From contig CAVUVW010000013.1 of the NCBI GenBank assembly GCA_963745035.1, forward strand, positions 768,001 through 832,000: a stretch of 64,000 bases of DNA. The letters run 5' to 3'. Position 1 is the first letter of the stretch; every line of letters begins with the position of its first letter. Position numbers and translations under genes: made by a program. The stretch comes from an uncultured delta proteobacterium (GTDB lineage: Bacteria; Desulfobacterota; Binatia; UBA9968). The notes below the pieces were generated by a model, which was not told where the DNA came from, made no database searches, and worked only from the letters and a program-made list of their open reading frames with translations. Positions 27,703 to 38,184 of the stretch are shown here, piece by piece.

Positions 27703-29910
27703 CTACGCCCTCTCCGAGTACACACTCTTCCCCTCGCCCTGGTAGCTCTCATACACATGCTCGAAGACCGCGGTGCATTTGGTCTCGTAAAGTTCTTTGG
27801 AATACGCGCGCGGTAAACCGTCGTCCAAGGCGTCTTCGATGGCCAACCGCACACGTGCTCGGCTGCCGACCCTCTGCCGCCAACCGATGACTAAAAGTTC
27901 TTTTAATTTTTCCAACAATTGGCGGGCGACCTTTTTGACCTCGTCCTTCTCTTGGGTGGTCAACTCCGGCCCTGGGCGCGTAAGGATATCGAAAACAGTC
28001 AGCTCTTCTTCTCTCAGGTTCTCGCGCACATGGCGGGTTTGCTCTTGGGTGAGAATGCTGGAGAGATCGAGCAGCTCGCGGAAAATTTCCTCGATATTTC
28101 GGCTGCCGGCATTATAACTTTCGATCAATTCTTGAAACTTTTCGAGATAGTCGGCCCGCGTGCGGTTCAGGCGTACCATGCGCTCAAGCGCACTTCGGAC
28201 CGCCGCCTTGAGATGTTCCAGGTCAGTATTGGTCGGCTTGTTCTTGTCGAATTTTTTCCTTAGCGCCTCAAAATCGATTTTCGAGAGATCGAAGTAACCG
28301 CCCTTATTCTCGCCGATCGTGAAGGGCACCGCGGCGATGGACTGGTCAAGCAGCTCCTGAATACCTTCCAGGACCTGGGAAATATCGGGTGGGTCCGTCG
28401 TTGTGCGAATTCGTTCGGCGATCGCCAGGATACACCCGCAGCGCGGCGCCAGCTCGATGGCTAAGGGGTCGGGCTTGACCGCGCGATAGAGCGCGCCAAC
28501 TAGACCGGCCTTGCCCAAAAAGTCGCGCCGTACATTTTCAGGCGCCATTAGCCTGTCCGCCGCATCCTGGATCGCGCCGACCCGAGCGAAGTTGGCGGTC
28601 GGCGTCGCCTCGATCTTCGCGAGATCGATTCCGTGGCTTCGGCAGAATGCCGTCGCATCTTCGACCGCTCGCCGCAAGTCTGCCGCCAGCTCTTTCTTAT
28701 CGCGCAGGGGCGTCTCGCCGCCTCGCCCTTTGCCGTAGATAGCCAGCGCCTTTTCCAGGGAGGCAAACACGTTGGCGTAGTCGACGATCAAGCCGCTCTG
28801 TTTGCCAGCATCACTCACCGCGCCGCAGGCAGCGAACGTTTTGGCGATCTGCTCGTCCAGCTCGACGCGGTCCGTCACGATCACAAACGTCCAGTTGCCC
28901 GGCACCTTGCGCAGCATCTTCTGCGCATAGAAGACCATGGCGAAGCTCTTGCCCGATCCCTGCGTCTGCCAGAAGACGCCACCGCGCCCATGCCCTGCCG
29001 CGCGCGCGGCCAGTGTCGCGCGTATCGCGTTGTTCACGCCGAGGTATTGGTGGTTCTGTGCAATGGCTTTCACCAAACCGCTCTTGTGCCAGGAAAAGAG
29101 AGTGAAGTTTTCAACGAAGTCCAACAATCTTGTTGGATCACACAAACCGCGCAGCATCACCTCCAGCGATACCCGCCGCGGTTCGTCCTCGCGCTCTATT
29201 CGTTTCCACTCCGTGAAGCGATCCCAGTCCGCCGTCAGCGAACCGACCCGGCTATCGGCACCATTGGAAGCGATCAAAAAGGCGTTGTACCAAAACAACG
29301 CAGGAATTCCGTTCTGAAGGTGTTTGTAGCTCGTCAAGTTTTCATCGAATGCTTGCCGAGCCGGGACACCGGGTTTCTTTAGCTCAATAACGACAACCGG
29401 CAGGCCGTTGACGAAACCGATCAAATCAGGCCGGCAAGTATAAAGCTCGCCCGTGATCGTCATTTGGCTTACGAGCAAAAAGTCGTTCCCCTGCGAATTG
29501 TCCCAATCGACCAGCCGCACCCGCTCCGTCTTCTGTCCGCCGCGTTCCTGGTCCGCAACGGAGACTGTGACGCCATCCCGCAACAAATCCCAAAGGTCCC
29601 GGTTCGCCGCAGCGAGACTCATCGCCGACCGGTCGCGGGCGAGTTCATCGATAGCCGAGTTAATCGCGTCGGCAGGCAACGCAGCATTCAATCGTGCGAG
29701 TGCCGCACGGAGTTTCGGGACGAGAACAACTTGCGATTTCGTCTCACGGCCTAACCAACTCCCGCGCTCACTGGGAGAGAGCTGGGATGAAGGTTCGGAG
29801 AAGCCGAATGTTTCCTCGGTTGCCGAGACCGTCGCCCAACCCAACTCCGCGAAGAGGTCGACCGCTGGTTGTTCGACAAGAAGCTCTTCGGTGTAGTCGC
29901 TTGGGCTCAT
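27703..29910 (-). CDS. hsdR: Type I restriction subunit R with a large in-frame internal deletion
   Basis: Nuclease motif RPD...IELK, Walker A QGSGKS, VTDR..LD, then directly GLIVDY; no DEAH motif or motifs III-VI; 735 aa. Confidence 0.85.
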   Translation of the reverse strand: MSPSDYTEELLVEQPAVDLFAELGWATVSATEETFGFSEPSSQLSPSERGSWLGRETKSQVVLVPKLRAALARLNAALPADAINSAIDELARDRSAMSLAAANRDLWDLLRDGVTVSVADQERGGQKTERVRLVDWDNSQGNDFLLVSQMTITGELYTCRPDLIGFVNGLPVVVIELKKPGVPARQAFDENLTSYKHLQNGIPALFWYNAFLIASNGADSRVGSLTADWDRFTEWKRIEREDEPRRVSLEVMLRGLCDPTRLLDFVENFTLFSWHKSGLVKAIAQNHQYLGVNNAIRATLAARAAGHGRGGVFWQTQGSGKSFAMVFYAQKMLRKVPGNWTFVIVTDRVELDEQIAKTFAACGAVSDAGKQSGLIVDYANVFASLEKALAIYGKGRGGETPLRDKKELAADLRRAVEDATAFCRSHGIDLAKIEATPTANFARVGAIQDAADRLMAPENVRRDFLGKAGLVGALYRAVKPDPLAIELAPRCGCILAIAERIRTTTDPPDISQVLEGIQELLDQSIAAVPFTIGENKGGYFDLSKIDFEALRKKFDKNKPTNTDLEHLKAAVRSALERMVRLNRTRADYLEKFQELIESYNAGSRNIEEIFRELLDLSSILTQEQTRHVRENLREEELTVFDILTRPGPELTTQEKDEVKKVARQLLEKLKELLVIGWRQRVGSRARVRLAIEDALDDGLPRAYSKELYETKCTAVFEHVYESYQGEGKSVYSERA

Positions 29911-29939
29911 TCAGGAGAGCGTCGACAGGTGGGTGCTGA

Positions 29940-31004
29940 TTAAGCGCTAGCGGGCAAGGGATTCCAGCCTTGTTCTTTCAGGCGTTGCCAAGCTTTGAGG
30001 AGATGGTCAGGTCTGAAACTACGGCGCTTTTTTGGTGTCCAATTGCGGACGGCCTCGATAGCAACCTGGGGCTTTTCGCGCGCCTCGGGATTCTCGCGCA
30101 TCACCCAATGCACCGTACTCAGGAGTTCTAGGCCATAGGGGTCTTCGTATCCGTCAATCAGTGAGATAACCCGGTCCATGCGCTTCAGAATGTCAGGGTG
30201 TTGGGCAAGTAAAGCTCTTGCTTCCTCGACAGCACCCGGAAGCAGCTCGATCGGACGCGTAGGAGCGTCTTTACCGTCGCCATATCCCTGCGTGTAATGT
30301 TTCTCCAAGCGGATCAAAACCTGCCGGAGATTTCTCGCATATGGACCGTACGGCTTTGCTTCATATTGTAAGCGCAGCTCTTGACCGGCTTCTTGCAGGA
30401 GATACATCAGCTTGTGGATTTCCAGCAGACTCACGAACGGATCGAGCAATCCCTTCAGATAGCGATCCATCAGGGCAATCAATGTCGCCTGTCCCGCCGT
30501 CATCTTTGGGCGTTCCGTCCGATTGGGCATCTCGTCAGGCGAAGGCGTATGCCCCGGCGCGTAGAGATGCACGTGCACGTCCGGCAACTCAGCAAAAGCA
30601 GCTTCAATCCGAGGACGCACGTCAGCCCAGTCTAATCCCCCGTTGCCGCAACCCAACGGCGGCACCGCGATAGAGCGAACACCCAATCGCCGCACTGTCG
30701 CCACCAAATCGCGCAGGCCAGCTTCGATGTCAGCCAATCGGCTGCGCTCGCGCCAATGCCCCTTCGTCGGAAAGTTGATGACCCAACGCGGTCCGCCCGT
30801 CAGTCCACCGAGATCATAGACATGCACTTTCCCAAGCCGCACCTCACCCGCCTTGCAAGCTTTTTCATAGTCCCGGAACATCGCCGGGAACGCCTGCTTG
30901 AATTGCAGAGCGATGCCCTTCCCCATGATCCCCTGGGTATTGACAGTATTCACGAGTGCCTCGACCGGCGCTTCGAGCAGATTTCCTTTCGCGACTTCAA
31001 TCAT
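29940..31004 (-). CDS. darG: DarG antitoxin (macrodomain DNA ADP-ribosyl glycohydrolase)
   Basis: ALVNTVNTQGIMGKGIALQFK, INFPTK.HW, PPLGCGNGGL, YGPY and LELLSTVHW motifs. Confidence 0.92.
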   Translation of the reverse strand: MIEVAKGNLLEAPVEALVNTVNTQGIMGKGIALQFKQAFPAMFRDYEKACKAGEVRLGKVHVYDLGGLTGGPRWVINFPTKGHWRERSRLADIEAGLRDLVATVRRLGVRSIAVPPLGCGNGGLDWADVRPRIEAAFAELPDVHVHLYAPGHTPSPDEMPNRTERPKMTAGQATLIALMDRYLKGLLDPFVSLLEIHKLMYLLQEAGQELRLQYEAKPYGPYARNLRQVLIRLEKHYTQGYGDGKDAPTRPIELLPGAVEEARALLAQHPDILKRMDRVISLIDGYEDPYGLELLSTVHWVMRENPEAREKPQVAIEAVRNWTPKKRRSFRPDHLLKAWQRLKEQGWNPLPASA

Positions 31005-31011
31005 TGGAATT

Positions 31012-31632
31012 TCAATAATACCATGTCGGCTGCACGTCAACCGAGGGCTGATGACTGTGATTTTGGATTAATCCCTCAACCTGCCGCGCGACCGTCGAAT
31101 TGTGGCAACCAATCTGCTCAATACAGGTCCGAGGAAAGAAATCTTCTACCAAAAACTCGGCTTGTTTTTCATGCGTTTTGCCGCGCCAATCCCGCGCACG
31201 GATCGCCGGCCAGTCTAGTACAGCCAGCGCACCAAGATTCGCATCAAATGAAGTGTGAAAAGCCCCTGCGTTTCCGTCACTGATCGCCCAAGCCTGTCCA
31301 AGTCCGATTGCGGCACCTACGTTGCTGACCAGATGAACGATCGTCGCCTGACAGCCTGGCGGCAGTCCGGTGGCACCTTGATTGATCGTATACAACATCG
31401 GAGAACGCGGGCAAAAGTAAAATGGCACGAACTCACCGACAAAGCGATTATTACAGCAAGGCACCCGAATCTGGCTGAGTCGCCGTTGCTTGATGTGGCC
31501 ATAACCGATTACGGCCGGATTTCTTTGCGCCATCACAGCATCCGAGTATAAGCCTCCGTCGGCCAGCATGTTTGGCAAATTCGTCACGTCGGTAATGTGG
31601 TAAATCGGCGTCTGTAACGGTTGCAAAGCCAT
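31012..31632 (-). CDS. darT: DarT toxin (DUF4433 DNA ADP-ribosyltransferase)
   Basis: IYHIT, VPFYF.PRSPML, SDGNA and KQAEFLV motifs; directly upstream of darG. Confidence 0.92.
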   Translation of the reverse strand: MALQPLQTPIYHITDVTNLPNMLADGGLYSDAVMAQRNPAVIGYGHIKQRRLSQIRVPCCNNRFVGEFVPFYFCPRSPMLYTINQGATGLPPGCQATIVHLVSNVGAAIGLGQAWAISDGNAGAFHTSFDANLGALAVLDWPAIRARDWRGKTHEKQAEFLVEDFFPRTCIEQIGCHNSTVARQVEGLIQNHSHQPSVDVQPTWYY

Positions 31633-31725
31633 ACCCCAGCATCGCCTTACCGGCGCCTAGCCTAACTCCAAAAAACTTGATTCGCGGGCTTCTCAACGAA
31701 AGGTTCCGGTCTACGCATGACACAT

Positions 31726-32688
31726 TTAGTTCTGCAACTGGAAAAACGGGTTCTTGTCCACTATTGCAGCCTGAACTTTCTCCCGGAGATAATCTTTCAA
31801 ATCGTTCTCACGCTCAAGCAAAAGGACAAATTCCTGAAGTGTACAAAGCGTCACGACCATCTTCGAAAGCGACTCTTTACATGTCACTATTGCGGGACCA
31901 GTGTAGCCAGAATAAGAAATTAAAATTCCGCGCGCACAGTTCCGATTGAATACGCGCACGAGATGCTGCGACACCTCGCCCGTGCCCAACGGCTTATCCC
32001 ACCATTTCATCTCCACAAGGTAAATTTCGCCATCTAATGCAATTACACCATCAATTTGCTCGACAACACCTTCACCAGTATCGCTTACCCGCCGAAACGC
32101 CTCGCGAACGAGAATCTCGTGCCGTTCAAACAGACGGTTCAAAATTCCTTCTAACTTTGGTCCACGGAGCTGTTGATTGGTCTCCGCAAAAAGCGAATAG
32201 AGGTCTCTCTTAACTTCCGCCAATTTCGACTGCTTTTCTTTGAGCGTCGTCGCTTTGCGTCGTTCTTCCTCCTGCCGCAGATATCGTTCGGCTTCCTGTG
32301 CTTGTCGCATTCGCCCAAATGAATCCTTTACATCAACCACCCGTCGAATTTCGGACACCAATCCTTTGGCCTTGAGCTGATCATCGGGCCAGCAAGTGGA
32401 GAACTCCTCAAACTCAATGACTCTCTTCAAGATCTCGCGCCGCTCCCGCAAGCTCGTCTCCCCCTTGTCGTTGAGTCGAACAAGAACCTCGCGAACGATT
32501 TCATATTTGTTCACGCTGCTGCGGTCACTAGCGAGCTTCTGCCTAAAATCCGAGGTCATCGCTCCCGGCACTCCCGCACCCTTGAAGAATACGAGCACGT
32601 CGTTCTTGCTGCGGCACAAGAGAGGAATCAAATCGACCAGAAGATTGAGAATCTCGGGTGGGTAGTGATGGATGATCTCGATAGTCAT
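31726..32688 (-). CDS. Mrr-like PD-(D/E)XK restriction endonuclease with helical N-terminal domain
   Basis: RG..LE..L, EQIDG...[17 protein letters not shown]; start overlaps the hsdS stop. Confidence 0.8.
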   Translation of the reverse strand: MTIEIIHHYPPEILNLLVDLIPLLCRSKNDVLVFFKGAGVPGAMTSDFRQKLASDRSSVNKYEIVREVLVRLNDKGETSLRERREILKRVIEFEEFSTCWPDDQLKAKGLVSEIRRVVDVKDSFGRMRQAQEAERYLRQEEERRKATTLKEKQSKLAEVKRDLYSLFAETNQQLRGPKLEGILNRLFERHEILVREAFRRVSDTGEGVVEQIDGVIALDGEIYLVEMKWWDKPLGTGEVSQHLVRVFNRNCARGILISYSGYTGPAIVTCKESLSKMVVTLCTLQEFVLLLERENDLKDYLREKVQAAIVDKNPFFQLQN

Positions 32689-33944
32689 GCGGCCGCCTCT
32701 GTTCCCGACAGTTTCACCTGCCCCGACAGCAGACGCGGCAGCAGCAAGTCGCGCGTATGGCGGAGATTTTGGATTTGGCGTTGAAACGTAAGAGCCTGCT
32801 CAGCCATCGGCATGGCCGCATCCTCGAAGCGACGCACGAGTATGTCGGCGGGTCGGAGGAACTCGATCGTCTTAAACACGCCGCGACTGATTTCTTTGAA
32901 GGTCGCACCAGACGCCATGCGCTGAAACGTCGGTACACTTTCTGTCAGCCAGTGGAAAAGGAAATAGAGCGGGACGCCCTCATTCGGGAGGCAAATGATG
33001 AAGCCTTGGTTGGTACAGGCGTCATGCGTGTTGATGGCGATTGCGCCGATTGTCGCGCGGCTCGTGAGCATCACACTGCGCGCCGGGAACAGACGCGCGG
33101 AACTTTCGGCCAGACCACGTTCTGTGATGTGGTCGCTCGAATCATCCATGAACATTGTGCCTGCGCCGGTCAGGTCGCTGGGCGAGAACCACTGGATCAT
33201 TCCGTCGACCCAATACTCCGGTTCTTTTCGAGATGGCGTGCCACCACCGAGAATCTCAAAGGACTCGGCAACTGTTTTGACAGCCCACCGCTTCGGAATC
33301 GGCCCGAGCGGAGAATCGACGAGCGGGACTTTTTCGTGCCCGGGGAAGCGGAAGTTGACGAACCACTCGCGGTAAAGCGAGCGGGCCATCTCTTCCAAAA
33401 TCTTGATGCGCCGCTGATTGTTTTCGATCAGATCGTCGTAGGCCGACAGGATACCCGCGATCCGGCGCTGCACCGAAAGCGGGGGCAGCGAGATTTCGAC
33501 CTTCTTGAGAGACGCAATTGTGTATGCAGCTTGCGATGAGCCAATTACACACTTAGTCAGCTCGGCTTTGCCCGAAGGAGACAAGAAATAGTATTTCAGG
33601 TATTGGCTATCTAGCTGTCTAAAGTTTCTAAACCAGGTCAAATTTCCGTCGGCAAAATGAAACCGGTCAGTCTCTTTTACAAGATATGGAACACCCAGCG
33701 TTCCTCTGGATGTCAAAAGAACGTCTCCCTTTATTGGCGCACCTGTTAATCGAAGTATTTCTTGAAATCTTTCCTCTGAAATAAAGAGAGGATTTGACGG
33801 CGTTTCTTGCCCGTTCAGTTTTTCAATGATTTCCCTGCTCCTAAAAAATGGAACACCAGAGGAGCATAACTCTTGGGCATAAATTCTCTTGCTTGATGTG
33901 ACTTCGCAAAGCTCATCCATTCGCTTTATCGGCCACGCTTTCAT
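32685..33944 (-). CDS. hsdS: Type I R-M specificity subunit S
   Basis: Two TRDs with conserved [24 protein letters not shown] and [15 protein letters not shown]; start MKAWPIK. Confidence 0.9.
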   Translation of the reverse strand: MKAWPIKRMDELCEVTSSKRIYAQELCSSGVPFFRSREIIEKLNGQETPSNPLFISEERFQEILRLTGAPIKGDVLLTSRGTLGVPYLVKETDRFHFADGNLTWFRNFRQLDSQYLKYYFLSPSGKAELTKCVIGSSQAAYTIASLKKVEISLPPLSVQRRIAGILSAYDDLIENNQRRIKILEEMARSLYREWFVNFRFPGHEKVPLVDSPLGPIPKRWAVKTVAESFEILGGGTPSRKEPEYWVDGMIQWFSPSDLTGAGTMFMDDSSDHITERGLAESSARLFPARSVMLTSRATIGAIAINTHDACTNQGFIICLPNEGVPLYFLFHWLTESVPTFQRMASGATFKEISRGVFKTIEFLRPADILVRRFEDAAMPMAEQALTFQRQIQNLRHTRDLLLPRLLSGQVKLSGTEAAA

Positions 33945-33946
33945 GG

Positions 33947-35594
33947 TCACGCTTCCAGAATCTCCGCCACGTTGCCGGCAATGGATTGTTCGAGTTCGCG
34001 CGCCTGGGCGTTGAGGGATTCGAGTTCCTCGTTCAGCGTTTCGAGTTGTTCCTTGAAGTCCTCGTCGCTGACACGCCTCGCCAGGTGCGACGCCGACGTA
34101 GCGACCGGGATTGAGCGACCAACCTTGCGCTTCAATTTCCTTGAGCGTGGCGACTTTGCAGAGACCTGGCACATCTCGGTATTTTGGATTTTGGATTGCC
34201 GATTTTGGATTGGAGGATTTCGACCCGTTGAAGACTTCGAGCAGTTTTGCTTTTGCATCTTTCCCACCGAGCGTGAAGTCGAGGTCTTCGGCACGATAAA
34301 GGCGAACGATATTGGCGAGGAACCCGATTTGTGCGTCGGTCCAATCGCGGTGGGCGCGATCGATCTGGCGGTAGATATGTCGGGCATCCACAAAAAGCAC
34401 TTTATCGGCGCGCGACGTGGTTTGTTTGCCTTTGTCCAGGAACCAGAGCGTGCACGGCAGGGTAACGGTGTAGAAAACATTCGGGCCTACGGCGACCATC
34501 ACGTCGACCGCGTGGGACTCGATGAGCTGTTTGCGGATTTCCTGCTCGGAGGCGCGGGCGTCAGAGGCGGAGTTGGCCATGACGAAGCCGGCACGACCTT
34601 TTTTGTCGAGCGCGGAATAGAAAAGTTGAATCCACAGATAGTTGCCGTTGTCCGTGCGCGGCAGGCCAAAGGGATAGCGCCGATTCTTGCCTACGGAGTC
34701 TTTGAGTCGGTCTTTATCGACGGCGTTGACGTTGAACGGCGGATTGGCGAGGACAAAGTCAAAATTCCCCGTGCTGTCATGCTCATCTTCGTAGTAAGAG
34801 TTCGCCTCGCGAATATCGCCTTCGAGTCCGTGAACGGCGAGGTTCATGCGTGAGAGAGCAACGGTAGCGCCGACTCTCTCCTGACCATGAAGCGAGAGCT
34901 CCGCAGCGGGATTCTTTCGGTGCTCGTGTACAAAGCGCGCGCTTTGCACAAACATACCGCCGGAACCGCAGGCGGGATCGAGCACGCGGCCGTGGTACGG
35001 TTCAAGAATCTGCACGATCAGACGAACGATGCTGCTCGGCGTGAAGAACTCGCCGCCCTTCTGTCCTTCCGTGCGGGCGAACTCGCCGAGGAAATATTCG
35101 TAGATCCTGCCGAAGGCGTCGTACTCAAGATTTTCGGGAATCTCGGAAACTTTCTTGAGCAGTTGCTTGAGCAATGTGCTGTTAAAAATCTGATACGTGT
35201 GAGGCAGAACGCCGGCGAGGTGCGGGTTGTGCTTTTCGATATCGGTTATCGCATCGTTGATTTCTTTGCCGACATTGGCGCCTTCCGGCAGGTTGAGCAG
35301 ATGGTCGTAGCGGGCGTTGGGCGTGAGATAGACGACGCCCTCGGCGTGATAAGCGCTTGGCTCATCGATCCGGGATGAACCCCGACGCCCAGTGGAGCCG
35401 GCTTTTTCCAACTCGCCACGCCGTTTAGCAAACCGCGCTTCGGCAAAGCGAAGAAAGATCAGCCCCAGAACAGGGTTCGAATATTGTGCTGCCGTCAGCC
35501 CGGAATTGGCGCGGAGCTGATCCGCCGCTTCCCAGAGTCGTTTTTCAAGTGTGTTGGTAGCTGTGTCTTTCTCAGACGGTGCAATCCATTGCAT
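33947..35594 (-). CDS. hsdM: Type I R-M N6-adenine methyltransferase M (frameshift near 34073 fuses it to hsdS in the ORF track)
   Basis: [35 protein letters not shown]; the normal coiled-coil tail [16 protein letters not shown]... is in another frame ending at 33947. Confidence 0.9.
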
Positions 35595-36117
35595 AAGTGC
35601 TAAACGAGTGGCCGCTTTTACATTCGATTTCTGCAGCGACGCAGCGCGCGAGCGAGGCGCAGGTCGTTCGACGAGAGATTCCGCGTATATTACGCGATTT
35701 ATCAGGGAAATGACAAGAAATGATGAAACGTGAACCGAGAAGGATGCGCTCGTGCCGAGAGAAAGGAGCGTGCTCGTTATCGTGGTTCCGGCAAGAAGGG
35801 TGCCCGGTAATTCGAAAGCATCGAAATTGGGCCCCGGTCAAAAATTCCCCCTCGCGGCGGGGAAGGCGGCGGGCATGCTGAATTGAGCGACGGCGATCAG
35901 CGTGCCGGCGACATGCTCGATTTAGACCGGCGCAGAGATTCTGCGTGAGAGATTCTACGTGTCAGACTGACTGAGTCTGTTAACTCAGATTGTTCTTTTG
36001 CAGCGAGCGGCTGACGATTGCACCCGTGCTGGGGCTGTCTCAACTTAACCATCAATGTCCCCTCCAGCCAGCGTCCGTCAAACCGGGGCTAACTTAACTT
36101 GTCCTACTTTTCCTCCC

Positions 36118-36145
36118 TTGACACGGTGACAGGCGTGATTAACTT
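36118..36145 (+). promoter_or_regulatory. Probable sigma70-type promoter for hsp20
   Basis: TTGACA-N16-TAACTT upstream of the AGGAG RBS. Confidence 0.45.
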
Positions 36146-36183
36146 TACCATCTAAAGAAAAAGTTTAAAAAGGAGAGCTAATT

Positions 36184-36630
36184 ATGGAACTAGTAAGATG
36201 GGAACAGATTGAGGGTCTAAACAGAGTTCAGTCCCGGATCAACGAGCTATTCGAAGACACGTTCGGTCGGACACGGGCGCAACAGAGTGCTGCCGCTGGA
36301 GTCTGGTATCCTGCCGTGGACATTCTTGAAAGTAAGGATTCGTATCTCATTCGCGCCGAGCTGCCCGGAATGAGAAACGAGGATCTCAAAACGGAAGTGA
36401 ACGAAGGGATATTGACAGTCAGTGGCGAGAGAAAGTTTGAAGAGCCGGCCAATGGGGTCGAGTACCACCGGGTCGAGCGGGTTGCAGGTAAATTTTCTCG
36501 ATCCTTCCACCTGCCGCAAACCGTGAAACACGATGGCATCAAAGCAACCTATCGGGACGGAATACTTGAAGTACAAGTTCCCAAAGCCGATGAGGCCAAG
36601 CCAAGACAGATCGCTATAAGCCTGAACTGA
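36184..36630 (+). CDS. Hsp20/alpha-crystallin small heat-shock protein
   Basis: PAVDILE, AELPG, SGERK, RVER..GKFSRSF.LP, ATYRDGIL motifs. Confidence 0.95.
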   Translation: MELVRWEQIEGLNRVQSRINELFEDTFGRTRAQQSAAAGVWYPAVDILESKDSYLIRAELPGMRNEDLKTEVNEGILTVSGERKFEEPANGVEYHRVERVAGKFSRSFHLPQTVKHDGIKATYRDGILEVQVPKADEAKPRQIAISLN

Positions 36631-36956
36631 TTCATCGCAAACCGTCAAACAGAAACTAAGGGGGAAAGCCAAGCGCTTCCCCTGGGTTTCTCGTAACGCC
36701 ACTAAAAGGGAAAACTCAAGGTTCACGCCAGGAGGAGGGTCCTTCCAGGTTTCCGGACTTCTCAAAACGTCAAACTACAAATTCGCCTTAGATTGGGCGA
36801 TGACCCCGCTTTGATCCGAGTCTCGCGCGTAAAACGCCACACCAGCTACTTCTGGCGCGAATTTATTAGCGTAAGGAGGCTGGAAACAGATTGCATTCCA
36901 ATATTGGACGAAAAGAATCTCGTCCGGGGTCCGGAGAGTATCGTTTTCAACATGGA

Positions 36957-37241
36957 TCATGACAGGTGACGTTTGGTTTTAGCTCGCGCCTTTTTGCGAT
37001 ATTTCTCCATACTTTCCCGCACAGCGCCCGCGCCGGAAGATTTCACGATGGCCAAGTTTGTGAGATCCAAAGGTTTGCGCGTCGTTCGCTTGCTTGCATC
37101 GAGCACTTCGATAGCAACTATCCGCTTGTCTTTTGCGTAGTCGATAACGACGCCATCCATTTCCACCGAATCATCGATGGGAACGTTTGCCAGAAACTCT
37201 ATGTTTAGTAAATCATGCGCGGCATCGTATTCGATCTTCAT
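36957..37241 (-). CDS. DUF2283 protein (predicted antitoxin)
   Basis: MKIEYD..D.L.I...VIDY....IVAIEVLDASK. Confidence 0.8.
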   Translation of the reverse strand: MKIEYDAAHDLLNIEFLANVPIDDSVEMDGVVIDYAKDKRIVAIEVLDASKRTTRKPLDLTNLAIVKSSGAGAVRESMEKYRKKARAKTKRHLS

Positions 37242-37504
37242 GGCGTTTTATCCTTCCAGTACCGCTTAATGTCCGAAGTCAGATACGCGGTGATCACCAC
37301 GTATTTATCCGCAGTGTCTTCGAAAACCACTCGAAGAAGCTTCTCACGGCGACGAATTCTGCGGCGCTGTTGCGCAACCGAACGACCGCCGTGTCCTTCG
37401 ACGACTTGATCCGCATTTTGTAGCGCTTCGCTGACCCATGCTTCAGGAATACCGCGTTTATCTATTTTCTTCTTTGCCAGCGGGATGATCTCAATTTCCT
37501 TCAT
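37238..37504 (-). CDS. DUF4258 protein (predicted RelE-like toxin)
   Basis: A..K...RGI...V..AL..., LLRVVFE....VVITAY; stop overlaps the DUF2283 start. Confidence 0.75.
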   Translation of the reverse strand: MKEIEIIPLAKKKIDKRGIPEAWVSEALQNADQVVEGHGGRSVAQQRRRIRRREKLLRVVFEDTADKYVVITAYLTSDIKRYWKDKTP

Positions 37505-37539
37505 GGAATCCTAAGACACTTCCGCTGCGGAGCGAGGCT

Positions 37540-37684
37540 TTATTCCAAAATTTCTTTAGCTCCATGATAATAACCCGAATCAGCTGTCCACACCGGGTTT
37601 GGCATAATAGCGAACCGAACCCATTTCTTGGATCAGCCGAAAACCATTTTGCTCTAACAGTCGTACAAGCTCGTTAAATCTCAC
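37540..37684 (-). pseudogene. HicA-type toxin remnant
   Basis: GGAGG RBS, GTG start, VRFNELVRLLEQNGFRLIQEMGSVRYYAKPG then frameshifted LIRV/YHGAKEI. Confidence 0.6.
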
Positions 37685-38184
37685 GTCGCCTCCAAAACCC
37701 GCGCGGATAGTAACAAAGGACGTAGCGAAAAGGAAAGAGGCGCAAGCGCTAGGCTTTCCAGAATCGCTTCGCTCTGCTCAAAGGCTTACGCTGATTCAAG
37801 TGTTCAAGGTTCAATGGTTCGATCCTTCGAGCGGCCTCAGGACAGGCTAAGCTCACCATGAGGGATAATCCGCAAACTCAGTAGTCGGATGAGGAACTTC
37901 CCACGTTTCGGGAATTCTCGAAACGTCAAAATGAGCAACTTTGCGAAGTGCTCATTCCGGCGTTAGTTTCGAGCACGATCACGGTTTCGTTTTCATCCTT
38001 CCAATTCATCTTGTGCCCTATCCTACAACCCGCGCCGAAGTTGCAACGACGGCATCTTATCCGCTAGTCTCGCTTGCGAGAACCAAGAAAGATTCCTCGT
38101 TCCACTCGGAATGTCATCCCGTGCTCTTCGGTTCGAGCTCTCAGGGCTGCGAGCGGGATCTCGATCAAGTCAAGGAGGCGATTT

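Noticed and set aside
32685-35594. Single 969-aa type IIG-like M-S protein
   Set aside because: The normal HsdM tail and a separate hsdS start exist in the usual arrangement; the fusion depends on one extra base.
35700-36100. tmRNA, RNase P RNA, cobalamin riboswitch or CIRCE element
   Set aside because: None of their hallmark motifs was found.
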